From: Flavobacteriales bacterium
Lineage (GTDB): Bacteria > Bacteroidota > Bacteroidia > NS11-12g > UBA955
NCBI GenBank assembly: GCA_947496375.1
Contig: CANMCY010000008.1
Span: forward strand, 16,817 to 80,816
DNA length: 64,000 bases
Direction of reading: 5' to 3'
Shown here: positions 19,751 through 27,936 of the stretch, piece after piece
Position numbering within the stretch: position 1 is the stretch's first letter
Layout of the letters: each line of letters starts with the position of its first letter
Notes under the pieces: generated by a model
Seen by the model: only the letters and a program-made list of their open reading frames with translations
The model's database searches: none
What the model was told of the DNA's origin: nothing
Made by a program: the position numbers and the translations under genes

Positions 19751-22700
19751 ATGTACTATAAAATTAAGAATTCCTTAAAATTTGTTATTCTAATGTTCCT
19801 GCCAATTTCCAATGCTTTTGGACAGGTTTTAACATTAAGCACTACTGGCCAAACTGGCACATCGGGCACCAACTGGAGTCTAAGCGGAAACACCATCACA
19901 ATCAGTGGGGGCAATGCAGACATCAATGTTAGTGTTGTTAATGGTCATTTATCAGGAAACAGCCTTACGGTTAGTGGAGCAAGCTCTATTACTGTTTCGG
20001 GAGCCATAAGTTGGACAACGAATCAAACTTTGACATTAAGCACATCTGGCAATATAACCATCAATAATACAATAACAGCCTCAGGATCGGCAGCCGGCTT
20101 AAATTTATATTATGGTGGATCGAATGATACAACCATTCCTACTGGAGGCACTTATTACGCCTTGGTACAAAGAAGCAGAAGTAAAATTCAGCTTTCGGGT
20201 TTGAGTCCACTTTTGCGAATTGGCAGCACTACTTACACCGTATACAATTCGCTATCAGCGCTTTCGACCGCCATGGCCTCTGCTTCCGGTTCAACCCGAG
20301 CAGCGCTTGGCAGTAACATTACACTTACCCAAACGTACTCGAACAGTGTTTTCGACATCACATTCGCCGGGGTTTTTGATGGCTTAGGCAACATTATCGA
20401 TGGCTTGAATATCCGAAACAGCGGAGGTGCCTCCACCAAAAACAACCTGGGTTTGTTTAGCCAATTTCAAGGGGCCACCGTCAGAAACCTTGGCATAACC
20501 AATATCGATATTCAAACCAACTCTACCGCCGCCGGAACCACCGGCTCCGAATACCGCATTGGTGGATTGGTGGGTAATGTGGGAAATTCCGGATTGAGTT
20601 CAGGATATTCTAGCTCTGCCTATACTTCAACCATTGAAGGTGTATGGTCATCAGGAAATATCTCATCGGCTAATAACAATGGAACCGACAATAGCACTAA
20701 CGGTGACCGTCAAAAATTCTATTTTGCAGGTGGCATAGTGGGAAGCCAAAACAATGGAACCATGAACCTAAGCAAGTCATACAGCACTGTGAATGTGAGC
20801 ACCGCCGGATCTTACACGGATAATCTGGCAATTGGCGGATTGGTTGGCGATGTAGGCATAAATACCCTTCTTCCACTCTCTCACACTCAAGCAACAGGAA
20901 CCCAGTTGGCCTGTACAGTGAGTAAATCATTTACAACAGGTTCATTAATATCGGGAACCTATGGTTTCTATTACGGTACCGGCGGGGTAATCGGGGTTGT
21001 ATTCACTGCAGGTTGCACATTTGAAGATTGTTATTCCTGGGGCAGCGCAGTATCTAATGCTTCATTTGGTGGTTTAGTTGGATATGCATCAACCGGCGGA
21101 ACTTTCAGACGGATTTATACAACACAATCTACTGCAGGTTCTATTCCATTTCCATCTAATTCATATACATCAGTTACTCCAACATCCCCAACAAGCGGCA
21201 CAACGCTACCATCCGGCTTTGGAAACACAGTATGGTCTAAAGCAACGGGTGAAAGGCCCATACTTGTTGATCTGGAAACCGCACCTTCTCCGCTATATGT
21301 TAAAGTAACCACTGGGGGTTCAAGCTCATTTGGTAACTTAAATATCGCCTATACGATAGTTGATGGCTCGGGCACTGCGGTAAATCTTACCTCATTGGGC
21401 CTGTCCACCCCTACCGGCACTCCTGTGTTTACCATTACCAACTTAACTCCCGCAGGCATATACAGCGATGTTTCCTATATCACGGGTCTAACCTGGACCG
21501 GTTCCAATGCAGCATTATACACACTTAAACCATTCTCTACCACAACACCGGCTTCGCATACCATAACCTGCTCGGGTTCTTGTGTTACCTACACCATTAC
21601 CTATAACGGCAACAGCAATACGGGTGGAGTAGCTCCGTCAGTAACTACATTTTACGGCTCTAAAACCGTTGCTACAAAAGGTACGCTTGTTCGTTATGGC
21701 TATGTTTTTTCAGGTTGGAATACCGCTTCAAATGGCAGCGGAACCAATTATGCAGAAGGGGGAACGTATTCTGCGGCAGCGAATGTAACTTTATACGCTA
21801 AATGGACCAAGACGGCATACCAGGCATGTACTTTCACCGAATTGACAAATGCTATTACTGCGTCAACAGATGGTGACACCATTAATGTAAACTGTGATAT
21901 AATCGCTACTGCGGTAACTGCCATTTCAAAAAACCTGGTTATTAATGGAAACGGCTATACCATCAGCGTACCGGTACCGGGTTTGGATAATTTGGGAATA
22001 TATAGTGTATCACCTTCTACATTTCGTGTTTTTACTTTTAGCGGCTCCAAGACAATCACAATCAATAACCTTACCATTAAAGGGGGGAGTACGTCAGATG
22101 GTGGAGCAATTAATATATCTTCTACCAATGTAATAAAGCTAAATAATTGTACTGTATCAAATTCATTATCGTCTACTGGTGGCGGAGGTATTTACAACGC
22201 TGGTGTGCTTTTTTTAAATAATTCTTACATCAGGCGCAATGCGGCCAACTATGGTGGAGGTATCATTAATACCGGTTCAGCCAAAGCATATGTTGAGAAT
22301 AGTACAATGATTGAAAATCGATCCACCATATCCAACGGTGGCGGTGGTGCAGCAGAATGTCAGTCAGGTTCAATAATGTATTTTAATAATTCAACGCTTT
22401 CCAATAATCAAAGTACGGAAATCGGTGGGGCGATAAACTGTTATATGGGTACAATTTACTTTATTAACAGCACTGCCACCGGAAATGTTGCCTTTGGCAA
22501 TAATAACGGTGGTGCTATTGGAAACAACAATGGTAATGTTTATATTGTAAATTCACTTTTTGCACATAACTACCGCAGAACGACCGGTAGTGTTACGGCA
22601 CCTACAGGATTTGTTTTAGATGATGTTGTAGCGCATTCTGTTCAAGGAAATGTTAGAATGTATAATTCCATACATCACGCTAGTTTGCCCGGTGGGATGG

Positions 22701-24757
22701 GAACAACCTCAAATAATGTCAATTACACTGGCAGTGCTGATGGTTCTAACAACACCATCTTTTCCGGTGGGATACTGTCGAAGATTACCAATAATAGTGG
22801 AAATGAAATTGGGGATCAGATATTCCGCCCATTTTTGTTTGAAAATAAAGGATCTGTTGCGCCTACGCTAAAGTCCGGTTCATTTGTCTCTATTGCCGGC
22901 AATAAGGGGACACCAACGCGATTTTCCAACAACAACAATTCCAGTCCTGCTATTGCCTACTACAACGGCACATCCTGGGTAGATTTAATAGGAACCAGTG
23001 TTTCCAGTCAACTTGTGGCGACAGACCAGGTGGGGCAAACAAGGTCAAATACAGCACCAACCAGAGGTGCGATTGAATCGGAATTGAGTAAAACACTCTA
23101 CATTGTTAAGGTAAGTAGTTCCTCGGGAGGTAACGGAACCATTAACGGCGGTACCATTTATGGCGATGTATACGAATCAGGTACAACACTTACTTTAACA
23201 GCCGTTCCCAGCAATGGCTATTCTTTCACGAGATGGGACTATGTTTCAGGCGGTACCGGAACAGCATCTTCATCAAATCCATACTCATTTACAGTAACCG
23301 GGAATGTAACCTTAATTCCTGTTTTTACTGCACTTACTGCAGGTCAGTATACCCTTACATATGTTGGCAATGGTCACACCGGGGGCACTCAACCTGCCGG
23401 GGGGACTTATTCTACAGCCCAAACCATAGCATCTGACGGTAGCATGGTCCGGGATGGTTATAAATTTACTGGATGGAATACCAATTCAAATGGCAGTGGT
23501 ACATCATACTCAGTTGGTGTCACATATTCAACTGTTTCTAATTTAACATTGTATGCACAATGGACTGAGATTCTATGGAAAGGATCTTCGTCCACCGATT
23601 TTTCCACTGCATCAAACTGGAATATAAATGATGTACCCATTAATAGTTCCTTTGCAATAGCACATGACGCGGTCAATGATTTAATATTATCAAGTAGTAT
23701 ATCAGTAAATTTTGTCAAATTCTACAGTACAACTAAGGATATGATTCTAGGAAACAATACACTGACAGTCTCAACAATAAGTGGTTGTAGTGCAGATAGA
23801 TATGTCAAAACCAACGGCACTGGTAGGTTAAAAATGAATGTGGCGAGTGGCGCAAGTACACTTTATCCGGTGGGAAATTCAGCTTATAACCCGGTTACTA
23901 TCGCCAATAAAAACGCAACAGCGGACGACTTTAGCGTTTTGGTGGTAGATGAGGTGTATGAAAACGGGTCCTCATCCGGCACTGTTATGACGCAGCCTCA
24001 CGTAAAAAGAACCTGGAACATTAATAAAACCAATTCCAATACCGGATCGGGTGTGGATTTTCTGTTTAACTGGAATTCAGGTGAAGTAACCGGCACCATT
24101 ACAACGGCTAAACTCTTTCACTATGGAACCCGATGGGTAAAACAAACAGGAACTTCCTCATCCACTGCTACTTCATTTACTTATACCGGCTACACCGGCA
24201 CATTCTCTCCGTTCGCCATAGGTGATGATATTCAGGCGCTGCCCGTAACCCTGCTTTATTTTAAGTGTCATGCCAACGAAAACAAGGGTAATTTGCTTCG
24301 TTGGGCAACGGTTACAGAATTAAACAGCAAACAATTTGAGGTTGAAAGAAGCACTGATGGCAAAACATACCATAACATTGGAACAGTTCCTGCCGCAGGT
24401 AATTCCCTAACCACAAAGACCTATGAATTCATTGACAAATCAATCCTTGGAAACATGGCTGCCTATCGTGTGAAGATGATGGATGAAGACGGAAGCTTCA
24501 AATACAGTGAACCTTGCGTGGTGCTAAATCATGAGACGGGCGCAGAGACCCTTATATATCCTAACCCAAGCCAAGGCAACTTCACGATAGAAACTGCAGA
24601 ACCCGGTAATTTTAAGATTATCGACGCCATCGGAAGGGTCGTTCTTCTGGGAGATATCAGTAAAAAAACCACAATCAACGGGTTGTTGCCAGGTGTGTAT
24701 TTTATCACCATTCAAACAGAAGAGAAATACCATACCCAAAAGCTGATGGTGGAATAA
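19751..24757 (+). CDS. large T9SS-secreted mosaic adhesin-like protein (GLUG/beta-helix, InlB-B repeats, Pmp-like repeats, type A CTD)
   Basis: 1668 aa; signal peptide; GGLVG repeats; GYxFxGWNT..NGSG..LYAxW repeats; GGAI/GGGI repeats; LPVTLLYF and IYPNPS..GVYFI..KLMVE CTD. Confidence 0.88.
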   Translation: MYYKIKNSLKFVILMFLPISNAFGQVLTLSTTGQTGTSGTNWSLSGNTITISGGNADINVSVVNGHLSGNSLTVSGASSITVSGAISWTTNQTLTLSTSGNITINNTITASGSAAGLNLYYGGSNDTTIPTGGTYYALVQRSRSKIQLSGLSPLLRIGSTTYTVYNSLSALSTAMASASGSTRAALGSNITLTQTYSNSVFDITFAGVFDGLGNIIDGLNIRNSGGASTKNNLGLFSQFQGATVRNLGITNIDIQTNSTAAGTTGSEYRIGGLVGNVGNSGLSSGYSSSAYTSTIEGVWSSGNISSANNNGTDNSTNGDRQKFYFAGGIVGSQNNGTMNLSKSYSTVNVSTAGSYTDNLAIGGLVGDVGINTLLPLSHTQATGTQLACTVSKSFTTGSLISGTYGFYYGTGGVIGVVFTAGCTFEDCYSWGSAVSNASFGGLVGYASTGGTFRRIYTTQSTAGSIPFPSNSYTSVTPTSPTSGTTLPSGFGNTVWSKATGERPILVDLETAPSPLYVKVTTGGSSSFGNLNIAYTIVDGSGTAVNLTSLGLSTPTGTPVFTITNLTPAGIYSDVSYITGLTWTGSNAALYTLKPFSTTTPASHTITCSGSCVTYTITYNGNSNTGGVAPSVTTFYGSKTVATKGTLVRYGYVFSGWNTASNGSGTNYAEGGTYSAAANVTLYAKWTKTAYQACTFTELTNAITASTDGDTINVNCDIIATAVTAISKNLVINGNGYTISVPVPGLDNLGIYSVSPSTFRVFTFSGSKTITINNLTIKGGSTSDGGAINISSTNVIKLNNCTVSNSLSSTGGGGIYNAGVLFLNNSYIRRNAANYGGGIINTGSAKAYVENSTMIENRSTISNGGGGAAECQSGSIMYFNNSTLSNNQSTEIGGAINCYMGTIYFINSTATGNVAFGNNNGGAIGNNNGNVYIVNSLFAHNYRRTTGSVTAPTGFVLDDVVAHSVQGNVRMYNSIHHASLPGGMGTTSNNVNYTGSADGSNNTIFSGGILSKITNNSGNEIGDQIFRPFLFENKGSVAPTLKSGSFVSIAGNKGTPTRFSNNNNSSPAIAYYNGTSWVDLIGTSVSSQLVATDQVGQTRSNTAPTRGAIESELSKTLYIVKVSSSSGGNGTINGGTIYGDVYESGTTLTLTAVPSNGYSFTRWDYVSGGTGTASSSNPYSFTVTGNVTLIPVFTALTAGQYTLTYVGNGHTGGTQPAGGTYSTAQTIASDGSMVRDGYKFTGWNTNSNGSGTSYSVGVTYSTVSNLTLYAQWTEILWKGSSSTDFSTASNWNINDVPINSSFAIAHDAVNDLILSSSISVNFVKFYSTTKDMILGNNTLTVSTISGCSADRYVKTNGTGRLKMNVASGASTLYPVGNSAYNPVTIANKNATADDFSVLVVDEVYENGSSSGTVMTQPHVKRTWNINKTNSNTGSGVDFLFNWNSGEVTGTITTAKLFHYGTRWVKQTGTSSSTATSFTYTGYTGTFSPFAIGDDIQALPVTLLYFKCHANENKGNLLRWATVTELNSKQFEVERSTDGKTYHNIGTVPAAGNSLTTKTYEFIDKSILGNMAAYRVKMMDEDGSFKYSEPCVVLNHETGAETLIYPNPSQGNFTIETAEPGNFKIIDAIGRVVLLGDISKKTTINGLLPGVYFITIQTEEKYHTQKLMVE

Positions 24758-24842
24758 ACCAGGGTATAAAATCGCTTGTTACACCCTTAAAAAACGAAGG
24801 GTTTATAATTGTAAACATATAAAAATCTTTGTATTAACCTAT

Positions 24843-24876
24843 AAAAAAGCACCCTAAATCATTTAGGGTGCTTTTT
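24843..24876 (+). terminator. intrinsic terminator after adhesin gene
   Basis: AAAAAAGCACCCTAAAT-C-ATTTAGGGTGCTTTTT. Confidence 0.8.
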
Positions 24877-25027
24877 GTTTTTCAGAAATTTGGCAACTTT
24901 TTAAAAGCTGTAAACAAAACAGCATTTCCTTTGGCGGGTGGGTGAATCAAGCAGCCCCCGACCGCGGAGGGGTCTCATAAACGGGCAATGGAAAGTCTAA
25001 ACGTATCTTAGCATTGGGATTTAACAG

Positions 25028-25444
25028 CGGTGATCCAAATGTCTTACGGAGGGTCCTCAAGCAAAATAGTCCCGGCTCGCTGCGATAGGCGGTGATTTTG
25101 ATTGCTGGATTACCTTCGGTGATCCAAAATGTCTTACGGAGGGGCTACAAACAAAATAGTCCCGGCTCACTGCGATCGACGGTGATTTTGATTGCGGGAT
25201 TACCTTCGGTGATCCAAAATGTCTTACGGAGGGGCTACAAACAAAATAGTCCCGGCTCACTGCAATCGGCGGTGATTTTGATTGCTGGATTACCTTCGGT
25301 GATCTAAAATGTCTTACGGAGGGGCCTCAAACAAAATAGTCCCGGCTCACTGCGATCGGCGGTGATTTTGATTGCTGGATTACCTTCGGTGATCCAAAAT
25401 GTCTTACGGAGGGGCTACAAACAAAATAGTCCCGGCTCACTGCG
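25028..25444. repeat. tandem array of about 4.6 copies of a 90-bp unit
   Basis: units start at 25028, 25117, 25207, 25297, 25387; consensus CGGTGATCCAAAATGTCTTACGGAGGGGCTACAAACAAAATAGTCCCGGCTCACTGCGATCGGCGGTGATTTTGATTGCTGGATTACCTT, with a few substitutions per copy. Confidence 0.97.
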
Positions 25445-25539
25445 TTCACCCGGGATTTTTTTGTACCGCAACCTTGAAGAGTACTTCAGTTGCGGCCAAA
25501 AAAAAATCCCGCACTCTCGTGCGGGACTATTTTGTTTGT
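25417..25539. repeat. 123-bp nested inverted-repeat element (REPIN/MITE-like) abutting tRNA-Leu
   Basis: perfect 18-bp terminal IR ACAAACAAAATAGTCCCG (25417-25434 / 25522-25539); inner IRs CGGGATTTTTTT, CCGCAAC, TGAAG. Confidence 0.85.
25498..25526 (-). terminator. intrinsic terminator of the tRNA-Leu pair (right half of the IR element)
   Basis: minus strand TCCCGCAC-GAGA-GTGCGGGA followed by T9. Confidence 0.8.
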
Positions 25540-25622
25540 GCCCAAGACTGGATTCGAACCAGCACGCCGTTTCCAGCGCTACCACCTCAAGGTAGTGCGT
25601 CTACCAATTTCGCCACCTGGGC
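25539..25622 (-). tRNA. tRNA-Leu(GAG)
   Basis: GCCCAGGTGGCGAAATTGGTAGACGC..CTACC-TT-GAG-GT-GGTAG..long variable arm..GGTTCGAATCC..TTGGGCA; CCA not encoded. Confidence 0.96.
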
Positions 25623-25638
25623 AGTTGAAAGAAATTAG

Positions 25639-25720
25639 TGCCCAGAACAGGACTCGAACCTGCACACCTCGCGGCGCCGCCACCTGAAGACGGTGCGTCT
25701 ACCAATTTCGCCATCTGGGC
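25639..25720 (-). tRNA. tRNA-Leu(CAG)
   Basis: GCCCAGATGGCGAAATTGGTAGACGC..CCGTC-TT-CAG-GT-GGCGG..GGTTCGAGTCC..CTGGGCA. Confidence 0.96.
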
Positions 25721-25778
25721 ATTCACTGCCATTTTACATGGCAAAAATTTCTTTCAACAAGATTTTAGAACGGGGGTG

Positions 25779-25809
25779 CAAATATAGTGAATTTGAATGA
25801 TTTTTCAAA
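25779..25809 (-). promoter_or_regulatory. sigma-A-type promoter of the tRNA-Leu pair
   Basis: minus strand TTTG-N19-TATATTTG, matching the Bacteroidota -33/-7 consensus. Confidence 0.75.
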
Positions 25810-25823
25810 GAGAATTCGGAGGT

Positions 25824-26513
25824 TTACCTGCGTTTACCCGCCTTCACCCATTTCCAAATCCCAAACAACACAACCGGCAGGATGGCAGCCCCCCAAAAGG
25901 CCAGCTGCTCCGTGCGCAAATGAATGGGAATATGCAAGAAAAGCGCCACCAGCGCACCACTCACCGCACCACCAAGGTGCCCTTCGTGTGAAATGTTTGC
26001 CGCACCTGCCTTCGGTAGCTGAGATAAAACCATGGAAACCCAGCATATAATAATGGCAAATAACCAACCGGGTATCCCTACAGGAATAAAAAACAGGTAT
26101 AAACTCACTTCAGGCAGCATCCACACAAACGCAAAAATCACCCCAAATAAACCACCGGATGCCCCGAGTGCACTATAATTCAGGTTATTGCGGTGGGTAA
26201 CCATCGTGAAGAGGTTTCCGCCAATGATAGACAAAAGGTAAATAGCCGCAAACCCCAGTTTACCATACAGCATTTCTACCGTAGGGCCGAAGTAATACAG
26301 CGTGAGCATATTAAATAATAAATGGACAAAACTGTAATGCGCAAAACCGGAAGCAATCAGCCGGTCATACTCTCTGTTGCGCGCCACCGCACGATACAGA
26401 AACAGCATTCGCTCCAGTAAAGCGTGATTGCTTTGCAGTATCAGCCAGATAATGACATTGGCCACGATAATGCCCGTTGTCAATCCGGGTTGTATTCCCA
26501 ACGGTAGGTTCAC
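25824..26513 (-). CDS. rhomboid-family intramembrane serine protease
   Basis: HLLFNM, GASG catalytic serine, HEGHLGG catalytic histidine. Confidence 0.93.
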   Translation of the reverse strand: MNLPLGIQPGLTTGIIVANVIIWLILQSNHALLERMLFLYRAVARNREYDRLIASGFAHYSFVHLLFNMLTLYYFGPTVEMLYGKLGFAAIYLLSIIGGNLFTMVTHRNNLNYSALGASGGLFGVIFAFVWMLPEVSLYLFFIPVGIPGWLFAIIICWVSMVLSQLPKAGAANISHEGHLGGAVSGALVALFLHIPIHLRTEQLAFWGAAILPVVLFGIWKWVKAGKRR

Positions 26514-27244
26514 TGTTTAATGACCCTCCCTGTGCCGAGCTCTTTGATATCAAGTTTTACCAACGGGTTTTGGTAATAGATAATATTTCCACTGCCATAA
26601 ACCGTTGCAGCCAGTATGTTTTTGGGATTGACCCTGATATCCCGGGCAGCATAATGGTAAATATAGGCATCATCCGACCGAAGATGCCGTGCATCAAAAC
26701 TGCTTCCGTTTTCACAGCCCCAGGCAAATATTGTACCTTGCCCGGCAAGGTCAACATGCCCTGAATTGTTGCCATTCCCGTACAAATTGCCACAGAACAA
26801 CAGTAATTTCTGGTTTTCTACACTGTTCATATTGATGTTTACCTGGTCTGTATAGACCGTATCCAAAAAAATAACCGATGCCGCCCCCTGAATATCGAGT
26901 GCATTGATTTTATGAATATTCATCGTGCAAATGGGCTGCACATTAAAACTCCTTACCCAGTTGAAATTGTTCTTATCCGTGATTACGCAATAATCCTCCT
27001 GCCAGTCCAATTTGATTTTATCAATCACATTGCTGCCATACCGAATCAATACCTGCTCAGGTTTCGTTTTGTCTGACTGAATGTAAACCTTGAATTTTTG
27101 GCCTACCCTCAGCTTTGTACAAGGCCTGCTGATTAGCAGGGTAGTGCTGTCTTCCGTTCCATAAGATGTTAAAAAATCCGGACCATTTTGACAGTTTTGC
27201 AGTGTCAGGGAAATAAAAAAAGATAAAATGATAAAGCGGCCCAA
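26510..27244 (-). CDS. head GIN (DUF2807-like) domain lipoprotein
   Basis: lipobox-like LTLQNC; beta-solenoid C-terminus FDARHL..ATVYGSGNIIYY; start uncertain (TTG 27244). Confidence 0.7.
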   Translation of the reverse strand: MGRFIILSFFISLTLQNCQNGPDFLTSYGTEDSTTLLISRPCTKLRVGQKFKVYIQSDKTKPEQVLIRYGSNVIDKIKLDWQEDYCVITDKNNFNWVRSFNVQPICTMNIHKINALDIQGAASVIFLDTVYTDQVNINMNSVENQKLLLFCGNLYGNGNNSGHVDLAGQGTIFAWGCENGSSFDARHLRSDDAYIYHYAARDIRVNPKNILAATVYGSGNIIYYQNPLVKLDIKELGTGRVIKQ

Positions 27245-27293
27245 CTTTTGAAGTTTACTTTGCAGTACAAAATTGCTAAAGGTGAGGCATATA

Positions 27294-27911
27294 ATGAACA
27301 GATTCTTAAAATTAATTGTCGTGATGCTGTGTTTGCTGCCGATGGCAATCACCGCGCAGGATGATGATGAGTCGCTCAGCGATCTGGCCCAGGCCCGGGA
27401 AGCGATGCGCAAAAAAGAATTTCTGAAGGCGGAACACATCTGCCTGCGTATGCTTGCGCAACATCCTACGGATAATGATATTCGGCATTTGCTTTCACAT
27501 GCACTTGTTTTTCAATCGCGTTTTACGGAAGCCGACAGTTTGCTGAAAAAAGTGCTGGAATCCGACACCAATTTAGCCGGAACATACTGGTACATGGGCT
27601 TGAGTGCAGAAAGACAGAATAAAAATCTGACAGCCGTTTATCATTTTAAAAAGTACCTGGCAAAAACGGCAAATCCCTTAAATATCAACGTCAGCGCCTG
27701 GCTGCATGCGGCTTCGGGTTACAGACGTATGATGCGCAGTGAGGGAATCACCACCGCTCAGTTTGACGAAATGGTGTATTTGTATAACCATTATCTGGAA
27801 GCCATGCCTACGGAAGTATATGCCGAGGCAGTAAGGGATTTTTTAGAGCGTGTTAAATCCAGAAAACCGGCCCCCGGACAAAAACTCGTTTGGGACGAAA
27901 CCTCGGAATAG
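27294..27911 (+). CDS. exported TPR-like protein
   Basis: signal peptide followed by helical TPR-like repeats. Confidence 0.65.
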   Translation: MNRFLKLIVVMLCLLPMAITAQDDDESLSDLAQAREAMRKKEFLKAEHICLRMLAQHPTDNDIRHLLSHALVFQSRFTEADSLLKKVLESDTNLAGTYWYMGLSAERQNKNLTAVYHFKKYLAKTANPLNINVSAWLHAASGYRRMMRSEGITTAQFDEMVYLYNHYLEAMPTEVYAEAVRDFLERVKSRKPAPGQKLVWDETSE

Positions 27912-27936
27912 CCGCAGTAATAGTAACTTTGTGCCA

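Noticed and set aside
25028-25444. CRISPR array or type III TA antitoxin array
   Set aside because: The whole 90-bp unit is repeated with no unique spacers, no cas genes are present, the unit is longer than type III antitoxin repeats and no toxin ORF follows
25057-25687. ORF-track proteins with 30-aa repeats over the array and tRNAs
   Set aside because: They arise from the 90-bp period, one frame is broken by a TAA, and several run antisense through tRNA genes
25539-25720. tRNA-Leu duplication as an attL/attR pair
   Set aside because: Both are complete tRNAs with different anticodons; no partial 3' duplicate or integrase was seen in the window
27245-27439. N-terminal extension of the GIN-domain ORF
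   Set aside because: Overlaps the divergent TPR gene; the lipoprotein-like signal begins near 27244
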